From NCBI RefSeq assembly GCF_963921235.1, contig NC_086098.1, positions 3,162,001-3,226,000 on the forward strand: a stretch of 64,000 bases of DNA, written 5' to 3'. The notes under the pieces are model-generated. The model did not search any database. It was not told the DNA's origin and saw nothing but the letters and a program-made list of their open reading frames with translations. Both the position numbers and the translations under genes were made by a program. This DNA is from Mobula hypostoma (taxonomy: Eukaryota). This document shows positions 48,081 through 60,398 of the stretch, in pieces (the stretch's first letter is position 1; each line of letters begins with the position of its first letter).

Positions 48081-48934
48081 AATAAGATGAATAAATCTTT
48101 TGAAAGAGATGCAAAACATCTAGGAGAAAGTAAGGATAATATTACTTAAAAAGTAGGTCGTCATGTAGCAAATAAAACTACAAAAAAAAACATACTTTGC
48201 TTTTGCTAATTTGATCGAAGCGCTTGGACACAGAACTGGCTCTGTGGCTTTGGCCTGCAGTCATCGACACTGCACTGAACTGAACTGATTTGGTGGCTGT
48301 GACGCATGCTTCATGTTTAATATTCTGTGTGTTGTTTGCGTGATTTGTTTGTTTTTGGTGTGTTGGGTGTTTGATGTTTTCTTTGAATGGGTTCCATGGT
48401 ATTTCTTGGTTTCATGGCTGCTTGAAGGAAGATTAATCTCAGGGTTGTATACTGCATACATATTTTGATAATAAATATACTTTGAAATACTTGCAACTGA
48501 GCACCAGCCTCCCGTGACATTCTGAAACCAACACGGACAGTGTAATTCACCAGTGATGACATCTTCCTCATCATTGAAACTTCCATCCTTCCATCTTCTG
48601 CTACCATGGCCACATGGATCCATTCACCAAAACCTGCCTTTGTCTGTCTTGCTGTTCCTCAGTTGCCCCTCAGTTGTTCCAAAACCTTTTGTCTTTTCTT
48701 TGAAATCACTCTCTGCTCTTCATCCAAACCCATTCCTAATTAGAGTCATAGAGTCGGAGAACACTGCGATACAGAAACAGCCCCTTCGGTCCATCTAGTC
48801 TGTGCCAAATTATTATGCTTGCTTCTAAAAATTATAACTCCATATTAGCCTTCCTTTTTGCCCCTGTAGTCCATGCAATGATCAATATTACAACTTTGAT
48901 GGTTTTCAGCTGACACCTCACATTGTATTGCTCA

Positions 48935-49216
48935 GGGGCACAGTAATATAATGGTTAGCATAGCACTTCATAGTACTCGTGACCCAGGTTCAATTCCTGC
49001 CGCCATCTGTAAGGTGCTTGTACCTTCTCCCCATGACTGCGTGGATTTCCTCCGGCTGCTCTGGTTTCCTTTGACAGTCCAGAAATGTACCGGTTGGTAG
49101 TTAATTGGTCATCATAAACTGTCCCGTGATTAGGTTAGAGTTAAATTGGGATTGCTGGGCTGCACAACTTGAAGGGCCTACTCTGTGCTGTATCTCAATA
49201 AATAAAATAAAATAAA
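48935..49216 (+). mobile_element. V-SINE (HE1-like), full length
   Basis: GGGGCACAGTA head, B-box GGTTCAATTCC, GCGTGGATTTCCTCCGGCTGCTCTGGTTTCC V-domain, (AATAA)n tail. Confidence 0.8.
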
Positions 49217-50125
49217 ACTTCATTCGGGGGTGCCCTCCCTAAAGATTCCCTGTCCATCATTAGCTCTGAAGAATTAGGTATCCTTTACTTAAATTATACA
49301 GGACTCTGATGAGACTATACCAGAAAAATTGTACTCAGGTCTAGTTTCTTCATCTCAGGAAGGATGGAGTGCAACAAACGTTAAGCAGATTGATCACCAG
49401 GAGGGGGAGGGGGATTGTCCTATCAGGAGCAGATACAGTAAATAGATAGATAGATAGGAAGATAATCTTTACTTGTACATCAAAATGTGAAATATGTTGC
49501 TTTGTGTCAATGACCAACATATGGTAAATAAATCTGAATCTGAATCTAAATCATAGACACAAATGATTCTGCAGATGTTGGAAATCCAGAGTGCATCAAC
49601 CTGAATTGTCAGTTCCTACCTCCCCTCTGGACTTCTGCAGGCTTGACCTGCTCAAGGAATGCACCTCCTGTCCTACAAACTGCTGACCATCCAGTGTCCC
49701 TAGCCTCCACGCAACACATTTGTTAAATAGTTCTCTCCTCTCAGATAGTGTCCATCTGCTTCTTCAACTCCAATGTTTCAAAAAGCTCTAGAACATTTCT
49801 TCCTGGTAAAATGCACACTGCCCCCCAGTTCTCATTCATTCCCAAAGTAAGTTACCCTGAACACCTGGAGACTCTACGTACTGCAGTTGGAGGACTGTCT
49901 GTGAGTGCGCATGGCTGACTGGATAAGCAAACTTGTGAACCCTAGCTTATGTGGCTAGTCATCAAAGGCATTACTGACTATGCATTGAAAAACAGCATCG
50001 ACTGTACCGGTGATGCCTCTCTCCTTGATGCTCTAAACAACTTTCATATTACGTAGCATTCACGCCAGGACCAGCAGACTCAAAAGCAGTTGCTCTTCTC
50101 AAGTAGTAAGGCTGATCAACACCCC

Positions 50126-51055
50126 TTTATTTATTTATTGAGATACAGCGTGGAATAGGCTCTTCAGGCCCTTCGTCTGCACCACCCAGCAACCCCAAAT
50201 TTAATCCTAGACTAATCATGGGACAACTTACAATGACCAATTAACCAACCAATCAGTGTGTTTCTGGACTGTGGGAGGAGAAGATGGTGGTGCGCGCGGC
50301 CTCTCCGGTGATGAATATCTGTTATCTGTCAAGTAGGGACCGTGCACAATTCTGATTTGATGGAGACAGATGTGAGAGCACAGAGGAACATCTGGAAAAG
50401 TTCTGAAATGCCGGCTTCGCTGCCGCTGCTACTGTGTGGTAGCCGGAATCTCCAGAGCAGAAGGCCCCGAAATCCTCGGCTTTGCGTGTTTCAGCGGCCA
50501 GGATGAGGTCGAAGGCGCTCGGGAGGCTGTATCGTAGGGGCTGGTAGAAGGCTCGAAGTTTTCAGATGGATGGACTCAGTGTCGGCTGAGGTCGGCTGCT
50601 TCCAAGGCATTGGCAAGTTGACGGTGTCTGGAGGTTTATGGCAGGGAGTTTCTCCCTTTTGCCGCCTGCTATCGGGGACTCGGGAGTCGATCGACTCGGG
50701 GACTTTTGAGACTATTTTTACCGTGCCCATGGTTTGTTCTTCATCAAATTGTGGTATTGCTTTGCACTGCTGTGACTATATGTTATAATTATGTGGTTCT
50801 GTCAGTGTTAGTCTTTGGTTTGTCCTGTTTTCTGTGATATCACTCCGGAGAAACATTGTATCGTTTCTTAATGCATGTATGCATTTCTAAATGACGATAA
50901 AAGAGGACTGAGTGTTCTCATAATCTAACTGAAGTACCCGGAGGAAACCCACATGGTCACAGAGAGAATGCATAAACTTCTCACAGGAAACAGCGGGGTC
51001 TGAACCCCAGTCGCTGGTACAGTAAAGCATTGTGCTTACCACTATGCTGTGCCAC
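50126..51055 (-). mobile_element. V-SINE split by the AAGATGG element, itself inside a Rex1 3' end (~50060-51290)
   Basis: TTTATTTATTTATTGAGATACAGC tail. GGACTGTGGGAGGA (50266-50279) resumes as CTGAAGTACCCGGAGGAAACCCAC (50929 onward). Confidence 0.8.
50275..50927 (+). mobile_element. Second full copy of the AAGATGG non-autonomous element
   Basis: Colinear with 30085-30773 from GGAGGAGAAGATGG to CTCATAATCT. Confidence 0.8.
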
Positions 51056-51289
51056 TGACCCAACTTCACCCACTAACCCACCCCTCCACACGTCCAGCCA
51101 CTAATACTTTTTCATTTCCAGCCAGACACCTTATATATAGGCACTTCTGTGCCTAATATCTCTTTATAGACGTACAATCAATCTACTGTCTTACGTATTT
51201 ATATCTATAGTGTTTTTTTTGTGCTGCATCTGATTAGGAATAACAATAATTTTGTTCTTCTTTACACTTGTGTACTGGAAATGTATTTA

Positions 51290-51575
51290 CTTAACTTATT
51301 TAGCTACACAGTGTGACGTCGGCCCTTCCGGCCTTTCCAGCCCCTCGAGCCGCACTGCCCCAGCAAACCCACACTCCCAATTTAACCCTAACCTAATAAT
51401 GGGACAATTCATCTATGCAGTATGCCTCTGGACTGTGGGGGGAACCAGAGCACCGAGTGGAAAGCCCATGCATTCCACAGAGGGGAGGTACAGATAGCAC
51501 AGGAATTGAACCCTGAACTCCAAAACATCCAAGCTGTAATAGCCTTGCACTAACTGCTATGCAAATACGGTGCCC
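51290..51575 (-). mobile_element. V-SINE
   Basis: GGACTGTGGGGGGAACCAGAGCACC and GGAATTGAACCC (B-box reverse complement). Confidence 0.65.
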
Positions 51576-51894
51576 ATAAATGACATTGAACAATCTTGAA
51601 TGGGTGGGAGGGAGGAAAGGGGCTTAGTTTGCTGTTGTTGTTTTGATGTTTTTGCTCTGCTGCTGTTGTTGTAACCAATTTCCCCCAGAATCAATAAAGT
51701 ATGACTATTTCCCTATATCTATCTCCCTTGTTGCCAATGTTGTTCTGTTGAAAATTGTGGACATCCTGCGTTGGCGCCAGGAGGTCAGGTGACACCTAGG
51801 GGCTGTCCCGACACATCCAAGGCTGTGTTGGCTGTTAATGCAAACAACACATTTCACTGTGTGCTTCCATGTACGTGTGATAAGTAAATTAATC

Positions 51895-52337
51895 TCCCCA
51901 TCACCCAGGACATGCTCTCTTCTCACTGCTGCCATCGGGAAGGAGGTACAGGAGCCTCAGGACCCACACCATCAGGTTTAGGAACAGTTATTACCTGTCA
52001 ACCATCAGGCTCCTGAACCAAAGGGGATAACTTCAGTCAACTTTACTCACCCATCACTGAACTGTTCCCATAACCTATGGACTCACTTTCAAGCACTCTT
52101 CATCTCATGGTTTCAATACTTTTTATTGCTTATTTATTATAATAATTATTATTATGTTTATATTTGCACAGTTTGCATCTTTTGCACACTGGTTGAAGGC
52201 CCAGGTTGGTGTGGCCTTTATTGATTCTGAAATGGGTATTTATGTATGGATTTATTTTATACCCACAAGATTACAAATCTCAGGTTGTATATGGTAACAT
52301 ATATGTATGTTGATAATACATTTACCTGAATCTGAAT
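51895..52337 (+). mobile_element. Rex1/Babar 3' end with complete 3' UTR
   Basis: HHPGHALFSLLPSGRRYRSLRTHTIRFRNSYY; ends AATCTCAGGTTGTATATGG..TTTACCTGAATCTGAA. Confidence 0.85.
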
Positions 52338-52384
52338 TATCCCTCATACCAGTTGTTGGATTAAGGTCCAAATGGTTATTTTCG

Positions 52385-52981
52385 TCTATGGAGAGGAATA
52401 AACAGTTGACGTTTTGGGCTGAGACCCTTCAGCTGGACTGGAAAGGAAAAGCGAAGAAGCCTGAATAAGAACTTGTGGGGAAGGAAGGAATACAAGCTGA
52501 CAGGTAATCAGTGAAACCAGGTGAGCAGGTGGGTGGGGGTGGGAGATGAAGTAAAAAGCTGGGAGATGATTGGTGGAAGAGGTAAAGGGCTGAAGATGAA
52601 GAAATCTGATAGGAGAAGAGAGTGGAAGGGGAGAAAGGGAAGGAGGAGGGTAATCAGAGGGAGGTAATGGGCAGGTGAGGAGAAGGAAAGAGGTGAGAGT
52701 GGAGCCAGAATGTGGAATGGGAAAAAAGAGAAATGGACAAATCAATATTCATGCTGCCAGATTGGAGGCTACCCAGACAGAATATAAGGTGTTGCTCTTC
52801 CAACCTGAGTTCGGCAGTAGGGATGGCCATGGCAGAACGCGAATGAGGATAGGAATCAAAATGGTGGGCCAATAGGAAATCCTGCCTGTTACAGACAGAG
52901 CAAAGACGCTCAATGGAGCGTTCCCTCAGTCTAGGTTGCATTTCACCAGTGTAGAGGAGGCCACACCAGGAGCACCAGATA
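52385..52981 (-). mobile_element. Penelope-like element 3' end with GIY-YIG endonuclease remnant
   Basis: IWCSWCGLLYTGE..RLRER..AHHFDS.PHS..RLEEQHLIFCLGSLQ..MNID, then the UTR and a decayed hammerhead (52402-52440). Confidence 0.85.
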
Positions 52982-54514
52982 CGTTTGGCAGTTGATCAGT
53001 ACATTACAGCCAATTGCACTGAACTATTGTTATGGAACTCCTAAAACTTAAGAAAAGATTTAAAGTTACAAGGCCTGAGTATTTTATAAGCATCAGCAGA
53101 TTTTACTTGTAATTTCATTGATCTGTGAGAGTGTGCTGTTGGCATTCCGACAGCTACACTAGTTCCTGCAGCTACTGAACTGAGTAGCATTGATTTTTTC
53201 TGCTTTTACATTAACATAGCATTTCTTGCTTAATAGACAAGGAGTGACTGAATGGCAAGAGCACGGGATTGAACAAATGGAAAAACAAAATTCATATATC
53301 ACTTAGTGTAAACTATTCCTTAAAAAATCTTACTGCTTCTGTGCAGGTGAAATACACCACAATCGACTGCTAATCACTTTTCCTAATAAACAAAATGCAC
53401 GCCATTATTTAATGGCAGACTGCATGTCTAAATGATATAACTAGCAGCTCCTTTTTCCATTTACATGTAATGTGCTCCAGTAAATTTACACAAACTATTG
53501 TTTAGTCCAGAGGGAGAAAGATAGGGTACAAGAAATATTAGCGCGGTAAATTACTGACTAACACAATAAAAAGGGAAAGAAAAACAAAAAGGCAGGTGCT
53601 ACATAATTGATAATGGCTTTAGGTGAAGCCAATTTAATTTCTCAAATGATTGATAACTGATCAGGTTCCTGGTCCAAACTGTCAGAGCTTTCATTTCTGA
53701 CTTCAGAAATTGTGTTTCTATGCAAATTGACGAGCACCTTAGTGATAATACCAATTGTGTAAACTATCTTTAATTCCTAACAATATCATTGCTTGCCTAT
53801 CATATCACTTTAATTGGATATTTCACAGAGACAGAACTCCCCTTTTGTAGTTGAGAGAGACAATGCACTGTTTCTTCAATGAGTTGGATCTGAATTCTGA
53901 ACACAATCAACCTGTGTTCAAACAGGATCCAGGAGTTAATGATAGTCTGTCAATTTAATGTCATACAAGCCTTGGGAATGTACAGTATGAAAATGAGTGC
54001 GTTGTAAACAGCTAACAGTCCGATGTGAAATGGGCAGTCTGAGTCAAACAGCACAAACTTAACCTGTAATTGGAATTAAATTGGCAAATGTAATTCAGAG
54101 AAATCATGGGATGGCTGGTGGAGAAAATTATTTTAAAAATGCCGTACGGGTGTAAGAGTGTTGTTGAGCCATCTCAATGGAAGCATCTACTCTAGTAACA
54201 TGTCTTTCAATGCTAGTATCTCTATAGAAAGGAGGGCAATCCAAGCAATATCATTCCTCAATCTGAAGAATAAGATTTTTTTCAATTAATTTTAACATAA
54301 TTTTTAAAAAATTGCTCATTGCAGTCACATTCAGAAAAATATTTCATATTTGCTTTCATATTTAAACTTCTATATCTAGATACCAGTGCTTTTCATTGAA
54401 TCCACTTGTAAAATGCCAAATTTCATTACTTTAGTTCAAGTTTATTGTCTTGTATATTGTCAAATAAAACAATATTCCTCTAGAACAAGTTGTGCAAAAT
54501 GGTGCATATAACTC

Positions 54515-57400
54515 ATAAGACATTAAGATATAGGAGCAGAAGTAGGCTATCTGGCCCATTGAGTCTGTTCCACCATTTCATTCCTCCATGCCCTGACCAA
54601 TCAAGAATCTATCAATATCAGTCTTAAATATTCATAAAGACTTGGCCTCCACAGCTGCCTGTGGCAATGAATTCCACAGATTCACCACCCACTGGCTAAA
54701 GAATTTCCTCCTCATCTCCTTTCTAAATGGACGCCCCACTGTTCTAAGGCTGTCCCCTCTGGTCGTAGACTCTCCCACCATAGGGAACATCCTCCCCACA
54801 TCCACTCTATCAAGGCCTTTCACCATTCGATAGGTTTAAAATGAGGTCACCACTCATTCTTCTGAATTCCAGTGAAAACAGGCCCAGGGCCATCAGACGC
54901 TCTTCATATGACAGGCCATTCAGTCCTGGAATCATTTTTTTGTGAACCTCCTTCAGCACATCCCTTCTAAGATAAGGGGCCCAAACTTGCTCACAATATA
55001 CCAAGTGAGGCCTCACCAGTGCATTATAAATTTTCAACATTACAGCTTGGCTCTTGAAATTAATGTTAACATTGCTCTTGAAATTAATGTTAACATTGCA
55101 TTTGCCTTCCTCACCACAGACTCAACCTGCAAATTAACCTTTAGGGAATCCTGAACAAGGACTCCCAAGTCCCTTTTTGTCTCAGTTTTAATATTTTCTC
55201 CCCATTTAGAAATCCTTTTATTTCTTCCATGAAAGTGCATGACCATACACTTCTCAACACTGTATTCCATCTGCAGTTTCTTTGCCCATTCACCTAATCT
55301 GCCTGTCCTGTATTCTCTCTACTTCCTCAAAATGACCTGCCCCTTTGCAACAGAGCCATCAATTCCACCATCCAAATTATTGACATATAATGTAAAAAGA
55401 AACAGTCCTAATACAGAACTCTGTGGAACACCACTAGTCACTAATAGCCAGACTGAAAAGGCTCCCTTTATTCCCACTCTTTGGATCCTGCCAATCAGCC
55501 ACTGCTTTATCCATGCTAAAATCTTTCCAACTATGGGCTCATAGCTTGTTAAGTACACAACATCAAATGATTCTCCTTTGTCTATGCTGCTTGTTATTTC
55601 TTTAAAAATTCCAAAAGATTTATCAAGCAAGATCTTCCCTTGATGAAACCATGCTGACTAAGGCCTATTTTATCATGTGCCTCCAAGTAAACTGAGACCT
55701 CATCCTAAATAATTGTCTCCAACATCTTCCCAACTACTGAGGTCAGATTAACTGGCCAATACTTTGCTTTCACCACTTGCAAAATGCTGGAGGAGTTCAG
55801 CAGGCCAGGCAGCATCTATGGAGGATCTGCTGAGTTCCTCTGGCATTTTATGTGTGTTGTTCAGATTTCCAGTATTTGCAGATTTTTCTCTTTTGCCACT
55901 TTCCACTCTTTTGCCTCTCTCCCTTCTTGAGGAGTGCGGTGACATTTGCAATTTTTCAGTCTTCCAAAAGCATTCCAGAATCTAGTGAAACTTGAGGGAT
56001 TATTTCTAATGCCTCCACGATCTCTTCAGACACCTCTTTCAGAAATTAGGGTATACACTATCTGGTCCAGATGACCTATTTACCTCCAGACCTTTCAGTT
56101 TCCTAATAATTTTTTCTCCATTTATGGTAACTTTACACACTTCATACCCCCTAACCGCTGGATGTTCTACCAGACTGCCACAGTGAAGAATGATGCAAGG
56201 CACTTATTCAGTTCGTCGTCTATTTCATTGTTCCCCCATTACTACCTCTCCTGCTTCGTTTTCCAATAGTTTTGCCTCTCTCTCACACTTTATGTGTAAC
56301 ACTCGCTTCGCCTAGCGGTTTAATATAGGGGGTGATAACCCTCTGCCTGGCCAAACTTAAGAAATCTCGTTTGGGTGGATGCTGCGCCATGTTTTCCCTG
56401 TTACAAATCAGTACCCCGAAATAACAAACAGTACACAATATGCGATTAAGCTTTATCACTCTTACTTTAACTACATGGTTAGCAGAGAAACAAAATATAA
56501 AAGAAAAAGGGCCCAGATCCTAAGATTTAATAGTAGTCTGTCCACAATGTTGGAGCTCACGCAGTTCAGTAGTCCTTCTTCCACCATCAGTCTCCTCTGA
56601 GCATCACCGACCTTCGGACCCTCGCTCTGAGTCCACGCCGTCCAGTGGTCTACCAAATCTCTCCATTCCTGTCTTCTCTCTTCATCTCTCTCTCTCCCTC
56701 TGGCAAAAGCCCGCGAAAACAACTGCTTCCAGAATCACAAGACAGGACAACAAACTCCTGATTGGCTAACCCCTGCATTCCAAAGCCCCGTTATCTCTCG
56801 CCATAACCCAAACATTGCTGCTGCAGAGAAACTGTTACCTAAGCAGTGAACATTACAGAGAAGCCGTTACATTAGCCTTAGCAGTGAAACATTACAAAGA
56901 AGCCATTACATATGTATCTGAAGAAACACTTCCTATCCTCTTTAATATTATTGACTAGCTCAATTTTGTACTCCATCTTTACCTTCCTAAAGACTTTTAG
57001 TTGGCTTCTGCTGGTTTTTAAAAACTTCTCAATCCTCTAACTTCCCATGAATGTTTGCTCTATTATACGCCTTCTCTTTGGCTTTTATGTTGGCTTTGAC
57101 TTGTTAGCCATGGTTGTGTCATCTTTCCTATAGAATACTTCTTCCTCTTTGGGATGTATATCTCCTGTGCCTTCCAATCTGATTCCAGAAATTCCAGACA
57201 TTGCTGCTCTGCCATCATCCCTGCCAGTGATTTTTTTTTCAATCAATTCTGGCTAACTTCTGTAATTCTCTTTACTCCACTGTAATACTGATACATCCGA
57301 CTTTAGCTTACCCTTCTCAAATTTCGAAGAGAATTTGATCATATTATGATCACTTATCTCCAAGGGTTCTTTTACCTTAATTTATCTAATCAATTCTCCA
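54515..57400 (-). mobile_element. Long decayed CR1 with nested Penelope hairpin (55779-55893) and solo LTR
   Basis: ORF remnants 54632-55630 (VTSGVPQ, LVRPHL) and upstream ORF2 sequence colinear with 61180-61600. Confidence 0.85.
56295..56910 (-). mobile_element. Solo LTR, 616 bp
   Basis: Termini TGTAA...TTACA, perfect 4-bp TSD TATG (56291-56294, 56911-56914). A minus-strand CCAAT box and an imperfect ~30-bp direct repeat near the right end suggest minus orientation. Confidence 0.82.
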
Positions 57401-57404
57401 TTCA

Positions 57405-58535
57405 TTGGAAGGTACAGTGGGACTTAGGAGTCCTCGTGCAAGACTCTCAGAAGGTTCACTTACACGTAGAGTCTGCAGTCAGGAAGGCAAATGCAATGTT
57501 GGACTTCAAGAGGAATAGTATAAAAACCAAGAGATTATGCTGAGCCTTTATCAGACCCTAGTCAGGCCACACTTGGAGTATTGTCAACAGATTTGGGCCC
57601 CATATCTCAGAAAGGATGTGATGTCACTGCAGAGAGTCCAGAGGAAGTTCACAAGAATAATTCTGGGAATGAAGAGGTTAACATATGAGGAAGATTTGGC
57701 AGCTTTGGGCTTGTACTCACCAGAAATGTGCAGGGATCTCAATGAAACCTACCAAATATTGAAAGGAAAAGATAGGATGTGGAGAGGATGTTTCCTATGG
57801 TGGATGTATCCAGAACTAGAGGAAACAGCCTCAAAATTGAGGGGCGACATTTTATATGCAAAGGGACTTGGAAGTCCTTGTGCAGAACACCCTAAAGATT
57901 AACTTGCAGGTTGAGTGAGTGATGAGGAAGGCAAATGCAATGTAGGCATTCATTTCAAAATGTCTCGAATACAAGAACAGGGGTGTGATGCTGAGGATTT
58001 ATAAGGCACTGATGAGGTCTCACCTGGAGTACTGTAAACAGTCTTGGGCTCCTCATCTAAGAAAAGATGTGCTGGCATTGGAGAGGGTCCAGAGGAGGTT
58101 CACAACGATGATTCCTGGAATGATTGCTTTCATTTTGCTTTTATGATTCAAGGAACATTTGATAGCTCTGGGTCTGTACTCGCTGGAATTTAGAAGGATG
58201 AGGGAGGATCTCATTGGAACCTTTTGAATGTTGAAAGGCCTAGACAGAGTAGATGTGGAAAGGATGTTTCCCATGCTGGGGAGCCTAAGATAAGAAGGCA
58301 TAGCCTCAGGATAGAGGGGCATCCATTTAAAACACAGATACAGAGAAATTTCTTTAGCCAGAGGATGATGAATTTGTGGAATTTGTTGATACGTGCAGCT
58401 GTGGAGGCCAGGTCGTTGGGTGTATTTAAGGCAGAGATTGATAGGTTCTTGATTGGACATGGCATCAAAAGTTATGGGGAGAAGGCCGGGAATTGGAGTT
58501 GAGGAGGAAAAAAAAGGATCAGCCATGATTGTGGA
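57405..58535 (+). mobile_element. Two adjacent CR1 3' parts (57405-57848 and 57855-58535)
   Basis: Both encode KANAM..LVRPHLEYC..RVQRKF/RRFT. Confidence 0.8.
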
Positions 58536-58559
58536 GTGGTGCAGGAGGAAACACCTGCT

Positions 58560-59350
58560 CTTGAATGTGGCCAAACCAGGGAGATAGTGATTGATCTTAG
58601 GAGGAAGAGGACTGTGATGAGTCCTGTATGCATTCGGGGGAAGAGGTTGCGGTGGTGGAGGAGTACAAATACTTGGGCGATCACCTCAACAACAGACGTG
58701 ACTGGAAAACCAACAGCAAGGCTGTTCACAAGAAGGAGATGAACAGACTCTAATTGCTAAGGAAGCTGATATCCTTCAATGTGTGCAGCAGGCTGTTGGA
58801 GATCTTTTACCAGTCTATTGTAGCGAGTGCAGTCTTCCCTGCGGCTTTATGTTAGGGGAGCAGCATCGGTGTTGGTGATGCAAGAAGACTAAACAAACTC
58901 ATCAGAAAGGCTGGATATGTCCTTGGCTACAAACTTTTGAGTTAGTGGTGGAGAGCAGGTCACTAAACAAACTGCTATCCATTCTGGACAATCAGGCACA
59001 TCCTCTCCCTGACCAACTGAATAAGCAGAGGAGCACCATTTCAAAGAGACTCTGCTCAGCTCTGCTGTCACAAGGATCATTACAGAAAATCTTTCCTACC
59101 AAATTCAATCAGCATATTCAACAATTCATCTCTGTGCGACAGGAGAACAAACAACATAGTACAATAGTCCCTGTTTTATTATTTCGACATTATTATTGCA
59201 CAATTTTAAATTATTATGTATATTATTATTCTGTACTTTATGATTAGTTAATATTATTGTTATATTTATTACTATTGCTAACCATGTTTTAAATGTTGCA
59301 GCTGTAACAAAATAACTTCCCACTCAAGGGCAATAAAGTTATTATTATTA
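58560..59350 (+). mobile_element. Rex1/Babar-type LINE 3' part, (ATT)n tail
   Basis: LNVAKTREIVIDLRR, EYKYLG, LRKL.SFNVCSRLLEIFYQSIVASAV, RLNKLIRKAG, HPL remnants. Confidence 0.8.
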
Positions 59351-59749
59351 TGTCATAATTATTAATGGGGCGGAGAATGATGATAAATCAGCCAAGATGA
59401 AACTATGGAACAGACTCGATTGGCCGAATGGCCTAATTGTGCTCCTATGTCTTATGGTCTTATAAACAAGCAGTACAATAAAATTGTAAAACAAGGTGGG
59501 GTTTATGTGTTTAAGGAGTGTTGAACTGGTGTGGATAACTTCACTCACCACAACTCTGAACTGATTCCACAACCTAATGACTCACCTTCAAGATCTATAC
59601 AATTCATGGTTTCAGTATTATTATTTGAACAGTACTGTATTAATTTTGTGCATTGCAATGTACTGTTGCAACAAATAAAAACATATTTCATGACATCTCT
59701 GAGTGATGATAAACCTGATTCTGAGATGGACCAGATAACCATCTTACTT

Positions 59750-60018
59750 CATTTAATTGAGATACAATATGGAGTAGTCCCCACCAGCCCCTTGAGCCAT
59801 ACTGCCCAGCAACTCCAAATTTAACACTACCCTAATATTTGACAATGACCAATTAGCCAACCAGCTGAAATGTCTTTGGACTGTGGGAGTAAAGTGGAGC
59901 ACCCGGAGAAACCCCAAGCAATCGGGGGAGAATGTACGAACTCCTTACGGGCAGCGGCGGGAATTGAACCCAAGTCATCTGAATTGTAAAACGTTGTGCA
60001 AACCACTATGCTATCATT
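59750..60018 (-). mobile_element. V-SINE
   Basis: GTCTTTGGACTGTGGGAG..GGAGCACCCGGAG and GGGAATTGAACCC. Confidence 0.75.
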
Positions 60019-60091
60019 CTGTAATTATCAATAAACCAATCATCCGGAATCAAATGACTTTGCCTAGTGTCTCAGGGCTGGGTGTGTCTGC

Positions 60092-60398
60092 ACCTGTGTC
60101 ACCATCGACACAGCCCTCACCCACATCTCGTCCATTTCGTGTACATCTGCCCTCATGCATCCTCTTGCCACAATACCCGGGATAGGGTTATTCTCATCCT
60201 CACCTACCATGCCACACAAGCTTCCATATCCAGCACATAATTCTCCGTAACTTCTACCATCTCCAACAGGATCCTACCATCAAGCACAGCTTTCCCTCCC
60301 TCCACATTCCGGTTCCTGTGGGGAACACTCTCCATACGACTCCCTTGTCCACACATCCCTTCCCATTGATCTCCCTCCTGGTACTTATCCTTGCAAAC
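60092..60398 (+). mobile_element. Penelope ORF internal fragment (RT-EN linker)
   Basis: RDRVILILTYH..IQHIILRNFYHLQQDPT.KH.FPS..DSLVHTSLP.DLPPGTYPC. Confidence 0.75.

Noticed and set aside
48490..48640. Minus-strand GEWIHVAMV resembling a LamG/pentraxin strand
   Set aside because: The similarity is limited to a few residues, there is no good acceptor and the frame runs into a LINE tail.
3166..56910. The two LTRs as ends of one large provirus
   Set aside because: They have different sequences and lengths, each has its own TSD, and no gag/pol lies between them.
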